Below are positions 57,631 through 64,000 of a DNA stretch of 64,000 nucleotides, piece by piece. The position numbers were made by a program, and so were the translations under genes. Positions within the stretch are counted from its first letter, which is position 1. Each line of letters starts with the position of its first letter. This DNA comes from Oligoflexia bacterium (GTDB lineage Bacteria > Bdellovibrionota > Bdellovibrionia > JABDDW01), in assembly GCA_043732305.1 (NCBI GenBank), contig JAYTHU010000062.1:1-64000 (forward strand), in the 5' to 3' direction. A model generated the notes under the pieces. That model searched no databases and was not told the origin of the DNA. It saw only the letters and a list, made by a program, of their open reading frames with translations.

Positions 57631-58913
57631 AATGCCTCTCCTTCTTCAATGGGAAGAAGAATAGTAAACTCAGCTCCCCCTTGAATATGATTGGTGACAG
57701 TCAATTTGCCTTGATGGCTGATCTCGATAACTTCTTTGCAAACACAAAGTCCGAGGCCGGTTCCCTTTTTACCCTTAGTAGTAAAAAAAGCATCAAACAA
57801 AGAGCCAAGATGTTCAGGTTTAATCCCTGGCCCGGAATCGTGAACCTTGATCTCTAGAATTTTATTTATAAGTTGGGCGCTAATTTCTATCTTGCCTTCA
57901 TCATCAATGGCGTGAGTAGCATTGATAATCAAGTTCATAAAAACTTGGACCAATGCTGAATGATTCCCCGGAATTTTCGGAAGACTATCGAGGCCAGAAA
58001 GTATCACCGTGATGCTTCGCTTGTTCAATTCATGTTCCATGAGCATGATGGTGTCTTCAATGGGTTTGGAAATATCCACGGGTTGCATGGTTTCATCTTC
58101 AAACTTTGGATTTGAAAGACTTTTGAAACGCTCCAATACTTTGCTCGCGTGTTCAGACGCGACCAAAATCATTTCTAGAGCTTTTTTCATTTCTTCAGAG
58201 CTTGAATTTCTCGAGAGATCAGCCTTACCCATTATCTGAAGTAAAATATTTCCAAACTCATGGCCCACGTTCCGAGAAACTGCTGCAACGGCTAGATTTT
58301 TTTCATGAGTGTTGATTTGCTTTTTCATTTCATCAAGATAGTTTTGCTGAGAAATTTGCTTTTGTCGAATATTCCACATTGACACCATTCCGCGTGCTTT
58401 TTGCAGAATTTCACCCTCAGAGAATGGTTTATTGAGATAGTCCCACATGTCTTTGAAGTCATTACCAAAAACTTTTTGGATACCGTTCACATGACGATCT
58501 TGATAAGCCGTGACCAACACCGCGTGCATTGATGGATCAAGTTCGTGAATTTGTCTTACGGTTTCAATGCCATCGATGCCGCCACCTAAAAGCACGTCGA
58601 AAAATCCCATGGCAAAAGGCTTGCCTTCGGAGCGTGCATTTCGAACTGCAATCACAGCATCTTCACCAGTGCTTACAACTACCAACTCAAAAAGATCAGC
58701 ATCACTAGCGTCCTTAACGACCTCTACAGTTTTGGACCGACTGCTCTTGAGTGCGACGACATTGGATTTTGGGGTGAGAATATCTTGATAGGCTTGCAGT
58801 ATTTCTTTTTCATCGTCGACAATTAGAATGCGACGACTCTCTGGCCATTTAAGTAGAAATGTATGTTGATGAGCCAATTTCTGGCCTGAAATTTTAAAAG
58901 GTAATGTCTTCAT
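57627..58913 (-). CDS. Hybrid REC-histidine kinase
   Basis: ILIVDDE, FFDVLL, VTAY and LNKPF; GHEFGN H-box; DSGPGI, FFTTK and GTGLGL. Confidence 0.92.
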   Translation of the reverse strand: MKTLPFKISGQKLAHQHTFLLKWPESRRILIVDDEKEILQAYQDILTPKSNVVALKSSRSKTVEVVKDASDADLFELVVVSTGEDAVIAVRNARSEGKPFAMGFFDVLLGGGIDGIETVRQIHELDPSMHAVLVTAYQDRHVNGIQKVFGNDFKDMWDYLNKPFSEGEILQKARGMVSMWNIRQKQISQQNYLDEMKKQINTHEKNLAVAAVSRNVGHEFGNILLQIMGKADLSRNSSSEEMKKALEMILVASEHASKVLERFKSLSNPKFEDETMQPVDISKPIEDTIMLMEHELNKRSITVILSGLDSLPKIPGNHSALVQVFMNLIINATHAIDDEGKIEISAQLINKILEIKVHDSGPGIKPEHLGSLFDAFFTTKGKKGTGLGLCVCKEVIEISHQGKLTVTNHIQGGAEFTILLPIEEGEAL

Positions 58914-60982
58914 GCCGCAGCCTCTTGAGTTCTAACGCTCACTGGAATTTCGATTCGAAATCGAGTTTCTCCACTATCGCTGGCAACCAAAAATAAATCG
59001 CCGTTAAAAGCACGAACAAATCTTCGACTAATGTTAAGTCCAAGTCCTGTTCCAATTTCTGGTGATTTTGTTGAGAAATTATTCTCAAATATCTTAATTT
59101 TATTCTCGGGTGAAATTCCGATTCCATTGTCCACAATATCGATTATTAGTTTGTCTTTTTCATTTCGCGTTTCTATTTGAATTTTCCCTCGTGCATTTTT
59201 ATTTTCGATGATCGCATGGAGAGCATTTTTCATCACGTTGGTCATCACCTGGATGAGTTCGTCGCGATCCACAAAAATTAAATCAGAATTTGCGAGATAT
59301 TTCTCTTCCACGATAATCTTGTTCTTAGAAAATAAGTCAGCAACAATATTGATCGAGTCGTGAAGAACATCATGTGCTTTATATTGAGATTTTTGCCCAC
59401 CCATATGACTGAGAGATCGCATGCTGCCGAGGATTTTTTCTATCCTACTCACTTGTTGCAAAAGAAATTGAGTGTCGTTACCCAAAGAATCTAGCCCCTC
59501 ATCCCACCTCTTGAAAACCTCATTTATATTTCCAAGATCCTCTTGAAGAAGAGTTTGCTTTGGATCTAGAACCGAAGGCTCATTTAGGGATTTCATAAAT
59601 CCGTCAAAACCTTTTTCCTTGAGATCGCCTTTCCAAGCGGAAAGGATATCTCCGAGGAGATTTTTATCTGCGGCCACTTCTTCATTGAGCTTCTTCTGCA
59701 CTTTTTGGATACGGGCCATGATGCTAGTCAAAGGATTCAAAACCTCATGTGCTGCGCGGCCGGCAATTTCCCCAACTGACGCTAACCGAGTTGTTTTGAG
59801 AAGAGCCTCTTGAGCTTCCTTCACTGCATGATTCTGTTCTTCTAATTTTTTCGTTCGATCAGCAACCTTATTTTCGAGTTCTATATTTATTTCAACAAGC
59901 TGTTCACGAGAATTTTTCAAGTCCGTGGTCATCTGGTTGAACGAATGGGAGAGCACAGAAATTTCATCTCTCGAATTTACTATCAATTCAGTACTGAGAT
60001 TGCCTTCAGAAACTTTTTGAATTGCCGCTAATAGATTCTGTAGCGGTCGAGTCAAAGTGCGAGACAAAAATATGGTTGCGATAAAAGCTACGGTGCTGAC
60101 CATCAAGGCAAAAATAAATGAACGTCGCAAAAGATGTGTCACCGCCACGAAAGCTTTCTCACTCTCAACTTGGGAAACAATGCTCACTCCAGCAAATCCA
60201 GTTTTAGAATAAGCACCAAGAAAGCTTGATCCATTCTCGTTGAATTCTAAAGCACCACTCGACATCGATCCTTGGCGAAGCTCTTTCACGATGGGAGCCT
60301 CAGAAAAATCCGCGCCCTCCGCCATCAACTCGTTTCTAGGGTGAAGAAGCACATGACCTTTTTGATCTACTATATAAGCTTGGGTGAGAGACGCCGCTTT
60401 CAGATTTTTTAAAAAGACATCGGCTTTAAGAAATCCCACCACCGCCATTATTTTTTCGGGCTGCCCGCTAGCTCCGTCTTGAATAACGGAAATTCCCACG
60501 CCAATCAAAGGGGGATAATCCTTGAGGCTCGCATTCCAGACGCTCAAAGAAGAGGATTGAATGTCGTCGAATGGAATTGGTTTTGCTAAGGCTAATTTTC
60601 CTTCAAAATAATCGGATTCCAGATTGTACAATTTTTGAAACTCTTGATCTGAAACTTGAGAAGCGAGTTTCAGTTTGCCATCTAGCCCGCGCTCATAAAG
60701 CTCCATGCGGACCATCAGAGGATCGTGATCAATTATTTCTTGAAAGGAATTTTTATTTCCCAAATGCGCGTACAGCTTGAGTTTATCACTCGCCCCACGC
60801 AAAGAAGTTTCAACTTCTGCTCCGAGGGTTGTGACCAATCCTTTGTTCAAATCGAAAATAAGCAATCGCTTGTCTTCTTTAAAAATCCCCATAGCCAACC
60901 AAAGATAAAAGCCTATGGCAGTGACCAGAAGAATTGTCACAACGGACAAAATTTTATATCGAATTGAGAATTTAACATTCAT
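58910..60982 (-). CDS. Membrane sensor histidine kinase (Cache - HAMP - HisKA - HATPase)
   Basis: Two TMs; YIVD..G..L.HP (Cache); LTRPL...DEI..L..SFN.M (HAMP); AHEVLNPL; DNGIGI; GTGLGL. Confidence 0.93.
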   Translation of the reverse strand: MNVKFSIRYKILSVVTILLVTAIGFYLWLAMGIFKEDKRLLIFDLNKGLVTTLGAEVETSLRGASDKLKLYAHLGNKNSFQEIIDHDPLMVRMELYERGLDGKLKLASQVSDQEFQKLYNLESDYFEGKLALAKPIPFDDIQSSSLSVWNASLKDYPPLIGVGISVIQDGASGQPEKIMAVVGFLKADVFLKNLKAASLTQAYIVDQKGHVLLHPRNELMAEGADFSEAPIVKELRQGSMSSGALEFNENGSSFLGAYSKTGFAGVSIVSQVESEKAFVAVTHLLRRSFIFALMVSTVAFIATIFLSRTLTRPLQNLLAAIQKVSEGNLSTELIVNSRDEISVLSHSFNQMTTDLKNSREQLVEINIELENKVADRTKKLEEQNHAVKEAQEALLKTTRLASVGEIAGRAAHEVLNPLTSIMARIQKVQKKLNEEVAADKNLLGDILSAWKGDLKEKGFDGFMKSLNEPSVLDPKQTLLQEDLGNINEVFKRWDEGLDSLGNDTQFLLQQVSRIEKILGSMRSLSHMGGQKSQYKAHDVLHDSINIVADLFSKNKIIVEEKYLANSDLIFVDRDELIQVMTNVMKNALHAIIENKNARGKIQIETRNEKDKLIIDIVDNGIGISPENKIKIFENNFSTKSPEIGTGLGLNISRRFVRAFNGDLFLVASDSGETRFRIEIPVSVRTQEAAA

Positions 60983-60990
60983 ACAAGGAT

Positions 60991-60998
60991 TTATCGGA
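60991..60998 (-). promoter_or_regulatory. sigma28/FliA-like -10 element (TCCGATAA), 8 nt before the kinase ATG
   Basis: Matches GCCGATAA at 7/8; -35 is weak. Confidence 0.45.
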
Positions 60999-61076
60999 TA
61001 TTAGGCAGCAGAACAAAAGGTAGGAATGTCTTGATTTTTCAGCAGTTTAGAGAGATTTCAAGCCCTAAGTCTGGGA

Positions 61077-61436
61077 TTAAACCAGAACGTAGTGGAGAAG
61101 TGTGCTCACAATCGTCAAGACGAGAGCGCCCAAAATCGCAGCTCCCCAGGTTTTCACATTAAATCCAGGCAGCAAGGCAGCACAGATTTTTATCACCATG
61201 CCATTGACGACAAACGTAAATAGACCCAATGTTAAAACGTTCAGTGGCAAAGTGAGGAAAATAAGGATCGGCCAAATGATGGTGTTCGCGATGGCAATCA
61301 GCACGGCTGCAGAAAGAGCTGACCAGAATCCTGAAACCTCAAATCCTTTGATCAACTTAGCGGTAATAATAACCGAGACTGCTGAGATTACCCAATGGAT
61401 CATATAATAAATGAGAGCGTGTGTGTCTGTAATCAT
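61077..61436 (-). CDS. YvlD-like 4-TM membrane protein (phage holin family 4)
   Basis: N....P.L.FLTLPLNVLTLGLF.FVVNG signature. Confidence 0.88.
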   Translation of the reverse strand: MITDTHALIYYMIHWVISAVSVIITAKLIKGFEVSGFWSALSAAVLIAIANTIIWPILIFLTLPLNVLTLGLFTFVVNGMVIKICAALLPGFNVKTWGAAILGALVLTIVSTLLHYVLV

Positions 61437-61470
61437 GGGAGTATCTAATCACAATTAACGGGAGTATCAA

Positions 61471-61725
61471 ATGAAAACTGTAACAGTCTATACAATGAAC
61501 AATTGTCCTTTTTGCGAGGCATCAAAAAAGCTTTTAAAATCTAGAGGCGTCGAGTTTGAAGAAAAAAAAGTTGGTGAAGATGATGACGCTGAGTGGGAAA
61601 GACTTTTGAAACTTTCAGGATTACGAACAATGCCGCAAATTTTCAATGGAGATAATCTTATTGGCGGATTTGATTCACTTTCAGAGCTGGATAAAAAAGA
61701 TCAACTGGCCTCGCTTAAAAAATAA
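61471..61725 (+). CDS. Glutaredoxin (GrxC-like)
   Basis: CPFC, RTMPQIF and IGGF motifs. Confidence 0.95.
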   Translation: MKTVTVYTMNNCPFCEASKKLLKSRGVEFEEKKVGEDDDAEWERLLKLSGLRTMPQIFNGDNLIGGFDSLSELDKKDQLASLKK

Positions 61726-61752
61726 AAACCCAGAAGTTTTGCCTCTGGGTTT
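61726..61752. terminator. Probable bidirectional terminator between the glutaredoxin and helicase genes
   Basis: AAACCCAGA-N9-TCTGGGTTT hairpin between convergent genes. Confidence 0.65.
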
Positions 61753-61780
61753 CTAACTATTATAAACTTAATTGCCGTTG

Positions 61781-62908
61781 TTATTGAATGACAGCGGCTT
61801 TTTCTTTCTTCGCGAGAAGAGTGGAAATTTCTTTCCACTGCCCACGCTCTTCAGGTGTGACAAAACTAATGGCTTCACCCTTGGCGCCCGCACGAGCGGT
61901 ACGACCAATGCGATGCACGTAATCTTCAGCACACTGAGGAAGGTCATAGTTGATGACATGAGCGATCGAAGGAATATCAATTCCTCGAGCAGCAAGGTCA
62001 GTAGCAACTAAGATTCTGAATTTTCCAACGCGGAATCCGTTCAATGCAGAAATTCTTTGATTTTGTGATCGTCCACCATGGATACGGTTTGCAGGATGCC
62101 CCATGAGTTCAATTTGGCGAGTGAGTTTGTCTGCACGATGTTTTGTGCGAGCGAAAATCAAAACTGATCCTTCACGTGCATTTAATTCGTCAGCTAAAAT
62201 CTCATTTTTTTTAGTGGCGAGCATTTGGATCATGGATTGTTTAATTTCTTTCACGGGCTGAGAAACAGCACCGACAGCTAAACGCACTGGATCTTTCAAA
62301 TAGCGGCTAGCCAACTTTTGGATATTGTTGGGGTAAGTCGCCGAAAAGAAAAATGTCTGTCTTTGTCCAGGCAAGAAACGCAAAATTTCATTCAGCTGAG
62401 GAGCAAAACCCATATCTAACATACGATCGGCTTCGTCCAAAACGAGAATATCTGTTCCGAAAAGAGAAACAGTTCCGCGTTTCAAATGGTCGACGAGTCT
62501 TCCAGGAGTAGCAATAATGATTCGAGGTTTTTTCTGAATGCCTTTGATTTGTGGACCCATGGGCATACCACCCATAAGCAAAACTGTGCTCATTTGAGCC
62601 ACAGATTTTGTGAGTTGATTTAAAACTTCGGTGATTTGTGTAGCGATCTCACGTGTAGGAACTAAAATGAGAGCGTTCTTTTTTGCGTTCTTTTCTAATT
62701 TAGCAATGATAGGAATACAAAAAGCAGCAGTTTTGCCGGTACCAGTTTGTGCAGATGCAATCAAATCGCGATTAGTCAATGCAGCAGGAATGGCTTGCAT
62801 TTGAATAGCTGTGGGCTGGGTGTATCCCATTTGTTCGAGAGATTTTCTAAGACCTGGAGAAAGTGGGAAAGAATCAAAAGATTCCAACGGGATTGGGGTT
62901 TCAACCAT
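61781..62908 (-). CDS. DEAD-box RNA helicase (core only)
   Basis: Q-motif PT.IQ, AQTGTGKT, PTRE, TPGR, DEAD, SAT, ARGID and HRIGRTAR. Confidence 0.97.
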   Translation of the reverse strand: MVETPIPLESFDSFPLSPGLRKSLEQMGYTQPTAIQMQAIPAALTNRDLIASAQTGTGKTAAFCIPIIAKLEKNAKKNALILVPTREIATQITEVLNQLTKSVAQMSTVLLMGGMPMGPQIKGIQKKPRIIIATPGRLVDHLKRGTVSLFGTDILVLDEADRMLDMGFAPQLNEILRFLPGQRQTFFFSATYPNNIQKLASRYLKDPVRLAVGAVSQPVKEIKQSMIQMLATKKNEILADELNAREGSVLIFARTKHRADKLTRQIELMGHPANRIHGGRSQNQRISALNGFRVGKFRILVATDLAARGIDIPSIAHVINYDLPQCAEDYVHRIGRTARAGAKGEAISFVTPEERGQWKEISTLLAKKEKAAVIQ

Positions 62909-63045
62909 ATGAGTGCTCCTTAAAGCTGGGTCAGCTCAAGGAGAAAAACGGCACTATGCCAAGAACTCGGTGAGAAGACAAATTTACTAACTGCCTAGTT
63001 TTATAGCACAGGTGGTTTTCGTTTGATACGTCAATCCAGGTCGGA

Positions 63046-63909
63046 TTAGTTCTCGGAATCCGTATTGCCACCCCGACGTCTTTTCCGCCCCTGGCCTGCG
63101 TTTGAGTGGCCGCCACGCTTTTTATAACCACCAGAATTTTTCTTGGATTGTGGCGCTTCAGGATATTTTACAGGGTGATCTTGTAGGGCCTTGTTTTGGA
63201 AAAATTTTGGCTTTGATGGTGCTGAAGACCAAGTCTGAGTAGTCTTTTGTAATTCAGGATGATCAGTTTCATAAGCACTTACTCTAGCCTGCATTGGCTG
63301 AACTGAATTAGCAAAGGCGACCGTCTGCGGAGCTGCTGGCGGGTAAGAATTAGTCGGCGCAAGTATCACAACTTCTTTTTGATAAGCTATGTATTGTCTC
63401 ACAACAAAAATATGAGAGTGGTCACCATTACTCACAGTTTGAGTGGGCTCTGGAGGCATTTGAATATTTGAACCGTCGGACTCAGGGGCAACTCCCTCGA
63501 CGATCGTTTAATATCTTTTAATCTCTTCAGTGAAACCACTGTTCGCGAGTAGTTTTATTTTTTCTGGGTCGGTTACTTTTTTCGCTTCATCACAATCCTG
63601 AAATTCAACAGCAACTTTCGCAAAACTCATGTGAGTGTATATGGCTTTTTCCGAATAATGATCTTCGACTCTCGCTCCCCTTGGAACAAAAGAACATTCG
63701 TTGGCTAAATCCTGCAGTGCCATGCTTTCAGCTAAAAACATCGATCGTTCTAAATTTGAATCTTCCCCTGTACCTAGGTAAACGATGTAACCACCTTCGA
63801 CAGTTCTAGACGGAGTTTTTGTCCATGAAGGCGCATCGGCCAAAGGTTTCGAACTGCAGGCAGTTAAAATCAAAATTACAGAACTTAAAATGCATATGTT
63901 TTTATTCAT
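63046..63909 (-). pseudogene. Lipoprotein gene interrupted by a single in-frame TAA (63508-63510)
   Basis: Lipobox ILTAC. The frame reads ...EEIKRY*TIVEGVAPESDGSNIQMPPE..., joining ORFs 63508-63909 and 63046-63459 in one frame. Confidence 0.6.
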
Positions 63910-64000
63910 GAATAATTTTAAAACTTAAAAACTGAAGTATTCAATCGAAATTGAATTTTATTTTATTTTTTTAAGATGAGAACTGAAACTGTGCATGACC

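Noticed and set aside
61077..61436. Holin as evidence of a prophage
   Set aside because: YvlD-type family is common on chromosomes; no phage genes nearby.
1..64000. tRNA, rRNA, CRISPR arrays, integrases, defence systems
   Set aside because: None recognisable; intergenic gaps are short and show no cloverleaf or direct-repeat arrays.

Overview
Gene-dense chromosomal window with moderately low GC. The gene content and style suggest a Bdellovibrionota/Oligoflexia-type bacterium (inference): many signal-peptide proteins, sigma54- and sigma28-like promoters, and a GGTACCAGG-type repeat. 1-13.7 kb is a shikimate plus menaquinone supercluster: aroB(partial)-aroA-[aroK-aroD-aroE fusion]-aroC-thioesterase, converging on menF-D-H-B-A-C-E, plus a DAHP synthase-menG pair. 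15-32 kb is housekeeping and signalling (glmU-glmS, mpaA-like amidase, sensor kinase plus sigma54 activator, nnrD, purD, thiolase, map, acyl-CoA dehydrogenase, csp). 32-39 kb has a signal-peptide-bearing Clp/Hsp100-like double-AAA+ ATPase, valS and a secreted nucleoside-deoxyribosyltransferase-like protein. 39-50 kb is an envelope lipid/glycan block: WaaL-ArnT fusion, MBOAT plus SGNH, serine palmitoyltransferase plus a ceramide-synthase-like GNAT, an outer-membrane protein, MFS and a ferritin-like protein. 51.7-61 kb is a surface-protein and phosphorelay block. The window ends with a holin-family protein, glutaredoxin, a DEAD-box helicase and a lipoprotein gene split by an in-frame TAA. No rRNA, tRNA, CRISPR array, transposase or prophage was seen. 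Most notable: (1) exported cytoplasmic-type enzymes sharing a lone C-terminal CxxxL cysteine, (2) a sphingolipid operon, (3) an AROM-collinear aro operon, (4) 39-bp inverted repeats bracketing map, (5) a long G-U-rich intergenic hairpin. All functional calls come from motif recognition by eye; no database searches were run.
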